A stretch of 64,000 nt of DNA from Clostridia bacterium (GCA_017504945.1 JAFVQJ010000013.1:14414-78413); one strand, 5' to 3'. Shown: positions 1 through 9,249, numbered from the stretch's first letter. Notes: generated by a model from the sequence alone, not told the origin. A program made the numbers and translations.

Positions 1-699
1 GGCGTTTGCTTCTGTATGCCGCCACATCTTTTAGACAGCGCCAGAATAGGCAAAACGCCGCTTGTTACCGATATTTTCGTTGACACCGGTCTTTCGGAAA
101 GAACGCTTAAATCGCTTGTTTCGGTGGGCGATCCCGTCTGCTACGCAAGGCGCTTTGAAAAGCTTTCAAAAAAGAGATATCTTGCAAACGCACTTGACGA
201 CAGAATAGGCTGTCTTTTAAATATTATGCTGCTTGAGCGTCTTTCTTCCTCTCTTCCGGAGGGTAAAAGCTTTGACTTTTCCTTCGTTTCCGAGGAGGAG
301 GCAGGACTTCGCGGCGCAAAAACCGCAGGCTTCGGAAAGGGCTATAGCAAGGCTCTCGTTTTCGACGTTACCTTCGCCTCCGCTCCCAAGGTGGCATCGC
401 ACAAGTCAAAGCCGCTTGGCTCGGGTGCGGCAATAGGCGTTTCACCGCTCCTTTCCGACTCGCTTTCAAACGAGCTTAAAAGCACGGCAAAGAAAAACGG
501 TATTCCCTTTACTCTCGAGGTCATGGGCGGCAGGACCGGTACCGACGCCGACGCCATATCGGTGCGCGAGGGCGGAATTCCCACGGCGCTCATATCGGTG
601 CCAATAAGAAATATGCACTCCACCGCAGAGCTTTGCGATATCGACGATATCAACGCCGCCGCAGAGCTTGCCTACCGTTTTCTCGGAGGTGAAATATAA
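1..699 (+). CDS. M42 family metallopeptidase (TET/FrvX-type aminopeptidase), 5' end outside window
   Basis: The frame is open from nt 1. It has the LDDRIGC and SEEEAGLRGA motifs of M42 peptidases. Its stop overlaps the next start (TAATG). Confidence 0.85.
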   Translation, partial: GVCFCMPPHLLDSARIGKTPLVTDIFVDTGLSERTLKSLVSVGDPVCYARRFEKLSKKRYLANALDDRIGCLLNIMLLERLSSSLPEGKSFDFSFVSEEEAGLRGAKTAGFGKGYSKALVFDVTFASAPKVASHKSKPLGSGAAIGVSPLLSDSLSNELKSTAKKNGIPFTLEVMGGRTGTDADAISVREGGIPTALISVPIRNMHSTAELCDIDDINAAAELAYRFLGGEI

Positions 700-1700
700 T
701 GAAGCTTTTAAAAAGACTCTGCACCGCAAACGGAATCTCGGGCAGAGAGGAAAATATTAAAAGCATTATCAAAAAAGAAATTTCCGGTCTTTGCGATATC
801 TCGGAGGACCGCTTCGGAAATCTCATTGCCACCGTTCACGGCAAAAAGAGAGATAAAAGGGTTTGCTATTTTGCCCATACCGACGAGGTCGGCTTTATCA
901 TCTCCGATTACGACGAGCAGGGCTTTGCACGCTTTGTAAACGTGGGCGGAATAGACGCCGCCGTCCTTCCCGGCAAGGTGCTTTGCTCGGGCAGGCGAAA
1001 GGGAGTTATAGGCGTTTGCCCCGTTCATCTGCTTTCGGCTTCCGATAAAGAAACCGTTTTGAAGTCGGAGGACCTCTTTATCGATTTCGGCTTTGAGGAT
1101 AAAAAGCAGGCGGAGAAAAGGCTTCCCGTAGGCTCTGCGGTATATTTCGAGCCCACCTTTTATCAGGCGGGAAACGAAATTTTCGCCAAGGCGCTTGACG
1201 ACAGAATAGGCGTCCGCATTATGATAGATATGATAAAGAGCAAGCCTCTTTACGATACCACCTTCGTTTTCACCTGCTGTGAGGAAACGGGTACTCAGGG
1301 CGCCGAGACCGCCGCATACGGCTTGAATACCGATATAGGCGTTATTCTCGAATGCACGACCAGCGCCCAAACGCCCGACGAAAACGGCGGTAAGGCGGTA
1401 ACTCTTTTGGGCGGAGGCGCGGTCATATCCTACCGTGATAACGGCACTATGTACGATACCGAGCTTTTCGCTCTTGCCACCTTCGTTGCCGAGAAAAACG
1501 GTATTAAATGGCAGACCAAAACCCTCGTTGCCGGCGGAAACGACGCCTCTGCCGTTCAAAAAACGGCTTACGGCGCATCGGTTGCGGCATTTTCGGTTGC
1601 GGCGCGAAATCTTCACTCCGCCATATCGGTTGCAAACAAAAACGATTATTTCTCCGTCTTAAAGCTTGCAAAGGCCTTTAACGACGTTATCGGCTTATAA
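699..1700 (+). CDS. M42 family metallopeptidase, paralog 2
   Basis: 333 aa with HTDEVGF, ALDDRIGV and CCEETGTQGA motifs. It is translationally coupled to the upstream paralog. Confidence 0.9.
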   Translation: MKLLKRLCTANGISGREENIKSIIKKEISGLCDISEDRFGNLIATVHGKKRDKRVCYFAHTDEVGFIISDYDEQGFARFVNVGGIDAAVLPGKVLCSGRRKGVIGVCPVHLLSASDKETVLKSEDLFIDFGFEDKKQAEKRLPVGSAVYFEPTFYQAGNEIFAKALDDRIGVRIMIDMIKSKPLYDTTFVFTCCEETGTQGAETAAYGLNTDIGVILECTTSAQTPDENGGKAVTLLGGGAVISYRDNGTMYDTELFALATFVAEKNGIKWQTKTLVAGGNDASAVQKTAYGASVAAFSVAARNLHSAISVANKNDYFSVLKLAKAFNDVIGL

Positions 1701-1712
1701 GGATGTGTTATT

Positions 1713-2702
1713 ATGGAAAGACTTTTTAACGAATTTGAAAAGCTTACTCGCATTGCATCTCCCTCCGGTCACGAGAGAGCGCTTCTTGAATATATAAAAA
1801 AGGAGTGCGAGCCCTACTGCGACTCGGTTTATTTCGACAAGCGCGGAAATCTCGTTTGCCGCAAGAAAAACGAGGGCGCCAAAAAGCTGCTTTTAGCCGC
1901 TCATGCCGACGAGCTCGGTATTCTTGCAATGTATGCCGAGGAGGAGGGCAACTATCGCTTTTCGGTTTTCGGCGGCGTTAACTTCCCTAGCCTTTTATAC
2001 CGCCGCGTGAATTTCACAAACGGCGTTGTGGGAGTTATCGTCCCCGATGACGGCACCTCTCTTTCCGACTTGAAGCTTGCAAACCTCTCGGTCGATATCG
2101 GTGCCAAAAGCAAAAAGCAGGCGGAAAAGCTGCTTGCGCCTCTCACCGTGGGCGTTTCCGACTCTCCCGCAGTAAAGCTCGGCTCGAGATTCGTTTCGAG
2201 AGCCATTGACGATAAGGTAGGCTGTCTTATTCTTCTTGAGCTTATAAGATCTGTTAAAAGCAGCAAATTCGACCTCTATTTCTGCTTCACCGTCGAGGAG
2301 GAGCTGGGGCTTCGCGGCGCAAAGACCGTCGGCTTTGAAATAGAGCCCGATATTGCCATTGCAATAGACGTTTCAAGCGCCACCGATATGATACCGATAA
2401 AGAGAAACGGCATCACCCTCGGCAGCGGTGCCGCAATAAAGGTGCTTGACGTTGGCACAGTGTGCGACAAGGAGCTTAACGCAGAGCTTATTTCGGTTGC
2501 GAAAAAGGCAAAGCGCCGCTATCAGCTCGACGTTGCCGACAGAGGCTGTACCGATGCGGCGGCACTTCAGTTTGTCAAGGGCGGCGTAAAGGCAACCGTC
2601 GTTTCGGTTGCAACTCGCTATATCCACACTCCCAACGAGCAGGCAGACCTCAACGACGTAAGCGACGTTATAGCCGTTATCAAGGGCTATATCGAGGGTT
2701 AA
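1713..2702 (+). CDS. M42 family metallopeptidase, paralog 3
   Basis: 329 aa with HADELG, AIDDKVGC and TVEEELGLRGAKT motifs. Confidence 0.9.
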   Translation: MERLFNEFEKLTRIASPSGHERALLEYIKKECEPYCDSVYFDKRGNLVCRKKNEGAKKLLLAAHADELGILAMYAEEEGNYRFSVFGGVNFPSLLYRRVNFTNGVVGVIVPDDGTSLSDLKLANLSVDIGAKSKKQAEKLLAPLTVGVSDSPAVKLGSRFVSRAIDDKVGCLILLELIRSVKSSKFDLYFCFTVEEELGLRGAKTVGFEIEPDIAIAIDVSSATDMIPIKRNGITLGSGAAIKVLDVGTVCDKELNAELISVAKKAKRRYQLDVADRGCTDAAALQFVKGGVKATVVSVATRYIHTPNEQADLNDVSDVIAVIKGYIEG

Positions 2703-2705
2703 ATT

Positions 2706-3425
2706 ATGATAGTCGGCTGTGAAAGGGACGTTGCTTTTTATTCCTTTATAAAGAATATGGGGCACGGCGCGATCTATTTTTGCTTTGAGGGCGGCGCCCT
2801 CTACCGCATTTGCGATGAAAACGGACTTTTGGGCTATATGCTTCTCAAATCGCCCTCCTGCTATCTGCTTTTTGAAAAAGAGCCGTCAGATGAGGTAAGG
2901 GACGAGCTTTCGCACCTTTTCGAAATGACGGGCGTTACCGAGGCAGTTTCAAACACCGAGCTTTTTTCACGCTCCGTGCCGCTTTACGTCTGCGAGCTTG
3001 ACTCTCTTTGCAAAAGAGAGTGCCGAGCCGAAATAAAAACGGCAAGCGGCAAAATTTACGACGACTGCCACGAAATTCTGTCGTCGGTGGGATTTCCTCT
3101 TCCCCCGCGCGATGAGTTTTACGTTATCTCCTTTAACCGCGCAAAGGATGGCGCGCCCACCTTTTATATTGCAGAGGACGGCAAGACCGTTGCAACTGCC
3201 TCTTTGATCGCCAAAAACGGCGAGCTTGCTCTTCTCGGCGCCGTGGCAACGCTTCCCGAGTATCGCGGCAAGGGATATGCCGGCGCACTCGTTTCACACG
3301 CGGCAGCCTTCGCGCTTGAATGCGGACTTACTCCGATAATAACCTATTTTGCCGAAAATGCCGGCAGGCTTTACCGCTCGATAGGCTTTTTTGAAAAAGC
3401 AACGCTTTATAAAAAGGTATTTTAA
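2706..3425 (+). CDS. GNAT-family N-acetyltransferase (C-terminal acetyltransferase fold)
   Basis: The C-terminal half has an acetyl-CoA-site-like motif, LPEYRGKGYAGALVSHAA. A GAGGG RBS lies 8 nt upstream, 3 nt after the previous stop. Confidence 0.65.
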   Translation: MIVGCERDVAFYSFIKNMGHGAIYFCFEGGALYRICDENGLLGYMLLKSPSCYLLFEKEPSDEVRDELSHLFEMTGVTEAVSNTELFSRSVPLYVCELDSLCKRECRAEIKTASGKIYDDCHEILSSVGFPLPPRDEFYVISFNRAKDGAPTFYIAEDGKTVATASLIAKNGELALLGAVATLPEYRGKGYAGALVSHAAAFALECGLTPIITYFAENAGRLYRSIGFFEKATLYKKVF

Positions 3426-3580
3426 TTATAGATCCCCGCGCCGATAATTACAACATCATACATTTTTAACACTCCCAAATAAAAAAAGACGCACCAAAAC
3501 AAACCACAAGGGTTTGTTTTGATACGTCTCCAATACTCTGTATCGTAGTAATTATATCACATATAATCGCAAAAGTTAAT

Positions 3581-3617
3581 AAAAAACTCCCTTGTTTACC
3601 AAGGGAGTTTTTGTTTT
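3581..3617. terminator. bidirectional intrinsic terminator between convergent genes
   Basis: An 8-bp stem ACTCCCTT/AAGGGAGT is flanked by an A-run and a T-run. Confidence 0.75.
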
Positions 3618-3620
3618 AAA

Positions 3621-5702
3621 TCAAACCCAACCGTCGGACCAGCCGTTATCTATAAGCTCCGCTCCGCATTTTTCGCAATGCTTGGGAGCGTCGATCTGAT
3701 CCTTTGGAACGTAACCGCATTTGGGGCAGTAGACGTCGGGCCTTACGTCCTCAATGCTTCTTTCAATGGGTTCGGAATAGACAATGGTTCCGTCCTTGTA
3801 AATTATATAGGCAACTGCGGTGAATTTTCTGTTATCGTCGGGGATATCGAGCAAAACTGCGGTAAATTTCATATAGCTTTCATTGTCGGTGTCATACCAG
3901 AATTTTGCGGGTATATCCAAATAGGAGATATCTCCTATCTTTCCGTTTTCGGTCAAGGTAAGTGCCTGACCGTTTAGCTTGTTTGTGGGAATAATAAGGG
4001 TTCCCATTCTTTCGATGGTGGAGTTATTATTGACGTTGTTATACATCGGAGCGTTTACAAGGAATCTGAGGCCCGATCTGCCGGTAATTCTGTACTGAGC
4101 GCCCTCAATGACAGGCTTATTCCCGTAGCTTTCCAGATAAAACTCCTCAACTGCGTCAATAACGGTCTTTGCCATAAGGTCCATACCGTCCGCATTGGGA
4201 TGTATCTTATCAGCCGTCATATAATTCAGGTGATTTTCCCAGGTAATTCCGCTGTTATTTGCAAAGTCGATTACGGGAAGTCCGTAATGCGCGGCAACCG
4301 TTCTTATAGCTTCGCTGTAGGATTCAACGAGGCTCTCGGTTACGTCGTAATAGCTTTGAGGAAGGAGTGTTACGCAGAATATCTGTGCATCGGGATACGC
4401 CGCCTTCATCTTTTCAATCGAGATGGCGTAAGCCTCTGCAAAGTTTGCGGCGGATTTATAGCCGCTTCCCGTTTTCAGTGCGGAATAATCCGAAACCGAG
4501 CCGGGCGCTTCCTTATATAATCCGCAGTCGTTTATACCCATATAGAATAAGATTATATCGGGCTTTTGTCCCGCGTCGGTGTGAAGTCTGTCCGAACGGG
4601 TCAAGCCGCCGTTTCTTACCACGTCGCCTGCAAACGCATTATCGACGCAGATATTCAAGCCGAAACGGTTTGCGGTTTGCATCCAGTAGGTTCTGTCGAG
4701 AGTAACTCCGTTGCCGCCGTAATAATGAACTGCATTATCCGCTATGTCCTCTCGGTATGACATTCCGTTTGATATTCCGTTAAAGGAGCTTATGCTGTCG
4801 CCGAGAATGGAAATATATTTGCCTTTAAGGAGCTTGCTTACAATTCCGTTTACGCCGCAAACGGTGCAATTTCCGTCGGCGCCGTAGCTGTGATCGCCAA
4901 CAGGCAGCACTGCAGCCTCCGCCTGCAGGTAACCGCAGACGCTGCAATAAACCTCGGCGCTCATTCCCTCTTTAAGGCAGGTTGCGGGTTTTTCAGTGCC
5001 CGAAACGAGCGTATGCTCCGATGCCGAGGTCGTTCCGCGTGCCTCGTTGACGGTAAGGTTTTTAAAGCCCTTGGGGGAATAAAAGGCGTGTGTAACACCT
5101 GAGGTGCCCGTTGCACCGAAAACGAAATCAAAATCAACGTCATTGTTGCCGCTTTTCATTGCGCCGATCCGATCTCCGTCAACGTAGAGAATTACCTGAT
5201 ATTTCGTGCCGTCATACTCGTTGCGAATGGTGTAGGTGTGGTTGCCGCTTACATATGCCGAAAGCGCAGCTTCCGAAAAGCCGTAATTTATAGGAGAAGC
5301 ACCGATATAACGGCCGACGTTTACACCGTAGCCGCCGCCGAGGAAGATATAGGTCGTTCCGTCTTTTTCCATACCCTCGCGGGAGCAAAGAGGAACGTAA
5401 AACTGACTTGTGACGTGTGAGCCGGTAAAGCTTATCTGCCACGGCTTATCCGCCTCTAAAACGATATCCTTTTCCAGCGTGTAATACTGATTTTCCGTTA
5501 CCGTTTCCTTTATTCCGTTTGCGGTAAGGCAATTTCCCGTAACGTTTTCGATAACGCCCGCATCGGTGAAGTTCCATTTGTAGAAAGGTCCGCCCGCCTC
5601 TTTATCGCCAACCGCAAAAACGCCGATCGGCAAAACCGTTGCGGCAAGCACGGCGCAAAGCAAAAGCAAAGCAAACCGTTTAACCGTTTTACTGATTATC
5701 AT
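3621..5702 (-). CDS. secreted multidomain SGNH/GDSL hydrolase
   Basis: It has an N-terminal signal peptide. SGNH blocks are present: ISILGDSISS (block I), a GINDCG-like block and DKIHPNADG (DxxH). Jelly-roll-like domains flank the catalytic region, and two CxxC..CxxC clusters are present. Confidence 0.7.
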   Translation of the reverse strand: MIISKTVKRFALLLLCAVLAATVLPIGVFAVGDKEAGGPFYKWNFTDAGVIENVTGNCLTANGIKETVTENQYYTLEKDIVLEADKPWQISFTGSHVTSQFYVPLCSREGMEKDGTTYIFLGGGYGVNVGRYIGASPINYGFSEAALSAYVSGNHTYTIRNEYDGTKYQVILYVDGDRIGAMKSGNNDVDFDFVFGATGTSGVTHAFYSPKGFKNLTVNEARGTTSASEHTLVSGTEKPATCLKEGMSAEVYCSVCGYLQAEAAVLPVGDHSYGADGNCTVCGVNGIVSKLLKGKYISILGDSISSFNGISNGMSYREDIADNAVHYYGGNGVTLDRTYWMQTANRFGLNICVDNAFAGDVVRNGGLTRSDRLHTDAGQKPDIILFYMGINDCGLYKEAPGSVSDYSALKTGSGYKSAANFAEAYAISIEKMKAAYPDAQIFCVTLLPQSYYDVTESLVESYSEAIRTVAAHYGLPVIDFANNSGITWENHLNYMTADKIHPNADGMDLMAKTVIDAVEEFYLESYGNKPVIEGAQYRITGRSGLRFLVNAPMYNNVNNNSTIERMGTLIIPTNKLNGQALTLTENGKIGDISYLDIPAKFWYDTDNESYMKFTAVLLDIPDDNRKFTAVAYIIYKDGTIVYSEPIERSIEDVRPDVYCPKCGYVPKDQIDAPKHCEKCGAELIDNGWSDGWV

Positions 5703-5745
5703 AACATTTCCTCCAAAAGCATCATAAAATATATACGTTACTATT

Positions 5746-5774
5746 ATTATATATCACTTTGCAAAAGATTTCAA
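5746..5774 (-). promoter_or_regulatory. sigma-A type promoter for the SGNH hydrolase gene
   Basis: TTGAAA-17 nt-TATAAT on the minus strand, about 45 nt upstream of the start. Confidence 0.55.
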
Positions 5775-5815
5775 CTGCTTTAATCGGGCAATTCACAGCT
5801 TTTTTTACAATTTTC

Positions 5816-5844
5816 TTGACAATCGGGCAAAACAGTATTATAAT
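5816..5844 (+). promoter_or_regulatory. consensus sigma-A promoter driving the T-box leader
   Basis: TTGACA (5816-5821), 17-nt spacer, TATAAT (5839-5844). Confidence 0.75.
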
Positions 5845-5849
5845 GTTAT

Positions 5850-6138
5850 CGTTAAAGGCGTATGAGCGAAAACAAGTAGCCGTTTGGAGTTTTTAAGAGA
5901 GCCGTCGGTCGGTGCGAGCACGGCAAACGAAGATCGGACGAATACCTTTCGCCAGCTGCTTTCCCCAAAGGCAACGAGTAGGGAAAGACGGGTCCTTGCC
6001 CGTTACAGCATGTCGCCGCAGATCTTGGCGAACAGTCTGCGGAGAGTGAGGTCATATTCCGTAAGGATATGATAAATTGAGGTGGTAACACGTTTAACGA
6101 CGTCCTCTGTATTTTTAAATACGGGGGATGTTTTTTAT
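5850..6138 (+). promoter_or_regulatory. T-box riboswitch leader (tRNA-sensing transcription attenuator)
   Basis: The leader has an AGAGAG bay and a GGUGCGAG distal-loop motif. It has an S-turn AGUA with a GAA-UAC-C specifier region and an F-box CCGUUA (about 6000). The T-box-like sequence is GAGGUGGUAACACG (6079-6092). An 11-bp terminator stem is followed by AUGUUUUUUAUU (6104-6138). Confidence 0.8.
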
Positions 6139-6199
6139 TCCCCGAAAACGCCGCTCTTTTCGCCGACCGCGGCAGTTTTTTCGGAAAGGAATGGTAAAA

Positions 6200-7717
6200 A
6201 TGGCGATCAAGATCATTATTTTAATCCTCTTTACTGCAATTACCGTTGCAATCGGCTTCTTTTGCAGTAAAAGCACCAAGGGGCTTGGAGATTTCGTGCT
6301 CGGCGGACGTAAGATAGGTCCGTGGCTCACGGCATTTTCCTACGGAACGAGCTATTTCTCGGCAGTCGTTTTCATCGGCTATGCCGGTCAATTTGGCTGG
6401 AATTTCGGTATTTCGGCGCTGTGGATAGGGCTCGGCAACGCATTTATCGGCTCGCTTCTCGCTTGGGTGGTGCTCGGCAGACGCACCCGCGTTATGACGA
6501 AGCATCTCGATGCCGCAACTATGCCCGACTTCTTTGCAAAGCGCTTTGACAGCAATTCTCTCAAGATAGTTACCGCGCTCATTATTTTCGTATTTTTGGT
6601 TCCCTACTCCGCATCGGTCTACAAGGGACTCGGCGGCATCTTCTCTATCGCCTTCGGCATTGATTACACTTGGTGTCTTATAGGCATGGCGGTGCTTACG
6701 GGTATTTACGTTGTAGTGGGCGGTTATCTCGGAACTGCCGCAAACTCGCTCTTTCAGGGCATCGTTATGCTTATCGGAATAGTCGCTGTGCTCGCTTGCG
6801 TTTTGGGTGTAAACGGCGGTCTTGCAGGAACCCTTGAGCTTCTTTCGCAAAAGACGAGCGAAACGGCTCCCAATTTAAACGGTGCCTTCGTTTCCCTCTT
6901 CGGTCCCGACCCGATCTCGCTCTTGAGCGTTGTAATACTTACCAGCCTCGGCACTTGGGGACTTCCTCAGATGGTCCATAAGTTCTACACCATTAAAAAC
7001 GAGAAATCCATCACCACCGGCGCGGTCATATCCACCGTTTTCGCCGTAATCGTTGCGGGCGGTTCCTATTTCCTCGGTGGGCTTGGCAGACTTTTCTACG
7101 ATGAGGAAAAGGTTATTTTCGACAATATCGTTCCCACAATGCTTCAGAAGACCCTGCCCGACGCCCTTATCGGCATCGTTTTGATCCTTCTGCTTGCGGC
7201 GTCGATGTCGACTCTTTCCTCCCTCGTTCTCACCTCGAGCTCGACGGTAACTCTCGATTTCTTAAAGCCTCTTTTCAAAAAGGCATCTCTCTTTAACGAA
7301 AACAAAAAGCAGGTAGTCGTTATAAGAGTCCTTTGCGTTCTCTTCGTTTTGCTCTCGCTTGCAATAGCGCTCTTCCCCAACGCGCTTATCACCTCGCTTA
7401 TGAGCCTTTCGTGGGGCACTCTTGCAGGCTGCTTCTTAGGTCCCTTCCTCTACGGACTTTACTGGAAAAGGACTACCAAGCTCTCGGTGTGGATATCTAT
7501 TCTCGCAGGCGTTTTGCTAAACGTTGCAAATCTCCTCTTCCCCTTTACCACACCCACCATCGCAGGTGCGGCTTCAATGATTCTTTCGCTTTTGATAATT
7601 CCGGCAGTAAGCCTTATTACTCCCAAAATGGCGGCAGACAAAACCGACGCGATCTTCTCCTGCTACTCGAAAGAGTCGGTAACAACTCAGCGCACAGCGC
7701 TTCCCGAGGAAAACTGA
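6200..7717 (+). CDS. sodium:solute symporter family (SSF) transporter
   Basis: About 13 predicted TM helices with SSF-like sequence (GTSYFSAVVFIGYAGQFGW). I prefer the start at MAIKIII, which has a GGAAAGGA RBS. The ORF-track start at 6128 lies inside the T-box terminator. Confidence 0.85.
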   Translation: MAIKIIILILFTAITVAIGFFCSKSTKGLGDFVLGGRKIGPWLTAFSYGTSYFSAVVFIGYAGQFGWNFGISALWIGLGNAFIGSLLAWVVLGRRTRVMTKHLDAATMPDFFAKRFDSNSLKIVTALIIFVFLVPYSASVYKGLGGIFSIAFGIDYTWCLIGMAVLTGIYVVVGGYLGTAANSLFQGIVMLIGIVAVLACVLGVNGGLAGTLELLSQKTSETAPNLNGAFVSLFGPDPISLLSVVILTSLGTWGLPQMVHKFYTIKNEKSITTGAVISTVFAVIVAGGSYFLGGLGRLFYDEEKVIFDNIVPTMLQKTLPDALIGIVLILLLAASMSTLSSLVLTSSSTVTLDFLKPLFKKASLFNENKKQVVVIRVLCVLFVLLSLAIALFPNALITSLMSLSWGTLAGCFLGPFLYGLYWKRTTKLSVWISILAGVLLNVANLLFPFTTPTIAGAASMILSLLIIPAVSLITPKMAADKTDAIFSCYSKESVTTQRTALPEEN

Positions 7718-7723
7718 ATATGA

Positions 7724-7757
7724 ATAAGCGGTTGGATATCTCCAACCGCTTTTATTC
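7724..7757. terminator. bidirectional intrinsic terminator
   Basis: A 10-bp stem AGCGGTTGGA/TCCAACCGCT with loop TATC, followed by a T-run. Confidence 0.7.
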
Positions 7758-8198
7758 TTCCATGCTCCAAAGCTCTGCAAATTTCGCTACCGCGCTTTTA
7801 TGTAAATAATAGGTCTGTCTTTCGGAGTAGTTAAGCTCCATCGAAACAGCTACCCACGATTTCTGCGAAAGGTAACGAAGCCTTAAAAGCTTTTCGTAAA
7901 CGGGCGGCAAAACCGCAAATATTCTTTCCGCCCTTTCTCTTTCACTTGCCGCGCGCTCCATACTCTCCGTTAAGCTTCGTATAATTCCGCCGTATCTGTC
8001 GGAAACCACTCTCAAGGTGGAGAGCGCCGCCTCGAGTTCGCCGTTTTCACGGTTCGCCTTGGCGATCTCATCCATTTTGAGCGTTTCGAGAAAATCTCTG
8101 CTCTTTACTATTCTGTTGATCTCAAAGCCCTTTGCCTCGATCCTTGCCGATACCGTTTTTAGCTGCTTTAAAAAGCAAATTGCCTCTTCCGTATTCAT
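7752..8198 (-). CDS. small sigma-70 region-4-like / phage-type (ArpU/RinA/DUF1492-like) transcriptional regulator
   Basis: 149 aa starting at MNTEEA, preceded by a GGGGAGGAAATA RBS. The C-terminus (LLRLRYLSQKSWVAVSMELNYSERQTYYLHKSAV) looks like a sigma region 4 HTH. The family assignment is tentative. Confidence 0.5.
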   Translation of the reverse strand: MNTEEAICFLKQLKTVSARIEAKGFEINRIVKSRDFLETLKMDEIAKANRENGELEAALSTLRVVSDRYGGIIRSLTESMERAASERERAERIFAVLPPVYEKLLRLRYLSQKSWVAVSMELNYSERQTYYLHKSAVAKFAELWSMEE

Positions 8199-8469
8199 TA
8201 TTTCCTCCCCTATCCCAAAAGTATCCTCCGAAAAGCACGGCAACGAAAGTAAGTTTTTCACTGTCATACGTCCTGCGCTTAAGGTCAAAACTCTTGCAGA
8301 GAGGTAGCAAGAGCCGTTGCAGAACGGGTGCTTATTGGAAAATTTCTCCTGTTCGTATATATAATATACGAACATTTGTACTAATTTCAGGACAGCATTT
8401 TTTATTATTGAATACAGTATAAAGCTCAAAAACTGCAATCAACTGCAATTTGAATTTTTTAAAAAGTGA

Positions 8470-8498
8470 TTGACAATATTTAGCAAATGAGTTATAAT
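8470..8498 (+). promoter_or_regulatory. consensus sigma-A promoter
   Basis: TTGACA-17 nt-TATAAT, about 28 nt upstream of the 8526 start. Confidence 0.75.
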
Positions 8499-8525
8499 TA
8501 TAAAAAATTTTAAGAGGTGTTTTAA

Positions 8526-9191
8526 ATGTTTTTAAAAGCTTACAAGCGCGCACTCGCAGTTCTCGTTAAGAAGCCCGTTCTTCTTTGGGGACTTTCTCTC
8601 ATGGCACAGCTCCTGCTCTGGATAGCAGGCATTATCACCCTTCCCATAGTTGCTCTTACCTTGGTTGCAACCTATCTTATTCAGGCAGGTCTTACCACCC
8701 TTTACCTCGACGGTCTTCAGGGCAAGGCGGTAAACTCCGATCAGCTTTTTGCCGCTTTCAACAAAAACGGCTTCCGCATCGCAGGCGGCTTCGCATGGCG
8801 CGATCTCTGGCTCGTTATCTGGGGACTTATTCCCTTGGCAGGCCCCGTTCTTGCTATCATCAAGTCGTATGAATATCGCTTCGTTCCCTATATTCTTATG
8901 ACCAAGCCCGAGGTTTCGGCTACCGCCGCTCTCCGTCTTTCCAAGGAAATGACAAAGGGCAAAAAGACTCAGATGTTCCTTGCCGACCTTCTCGTTTACG
9001 TGGCATACGGCGTTGTAAATGCAGTTCTCGCTCTCTTTGCCGCAATTCCCTTCGTCGGCATTCTTTTCGGCATAGTATTGTTTGCCTTCAACGTAGTTTT
9101 CTTTGCATTGCAGGGCATTTTCACCGGTCTCTATTCCGCGTCCTTCTATCTTCCCGAGGAAGAGAACAAGGCAGAGGATACCGCCGCATAA
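8526..9191 (+). CDS. integral membrane protein (DUF975-like, tentative)
   Basis: 221 aa with 4-5 hydrophobic helices. It has a GAGGTG RBS and its own promoter and terminator. Confidence 0.55.
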   Translation: MFLKAYKRALAVLVKKPVLLWGLSLMAQLLLWIAGIITLPIVALTLVATYLIQAGLTTLYLDGLQGKAVNSDQLFAAFNKNGFRIAGGFAWRDLWLVIWGLIPLAGPVLAIIKSYEYRFVPYILMTKPEVSATAALRLSKEMTKGKKTQMFLADLLVYVAYGVVNAVLALFAAIPFVGILFGIVLFAFNVVFFALQGIFTGLYSASFYLPEEENKAEDTAA

Positions 9192-9210
9192 GCTTGCTTT
9201 TCGCAAAATT

Positions 9211-9238
9211 AAAAGGCTGTCGCAAGACAGCCTTTTTT
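9211..9238. terminator. bidirectional intrinsic terminator
   Basis: AAAAGGCTGTC-GCAA-GACAGCCTTTT hairpin between convergent genes. Confidence 0.8.
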
Positions 9239-9249
9239 GTTTTGTAATT

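Noticed and set aside
5943-5948. Reading the T-box specifier as ACC (Thr) or CCU (Pro)
   Set aside because: The canonical GAA-codon spacing after the S-turn favours UAC, and the UGGU bulge fits an A73 tRNA. The call stays tentative because the nucleotide after the codon is not a purine.
6128-6199. N-terminal extensions proposed by the ORF track. Affected genes are the SSF transporter at 6128, the regulator at 8438, MoxR at 13310, the GT-C gene at 24166, the DJ-1 gene at 16738, the GHMP kinase at 18555 and PEPCK at 56557.
   Set aside because: In each case an internal ATG or GTG with a good AGGAGG-type RBS gives a protein that starts where family similarity starts. The extension overlaps terminators, promoters or the preceding gene.
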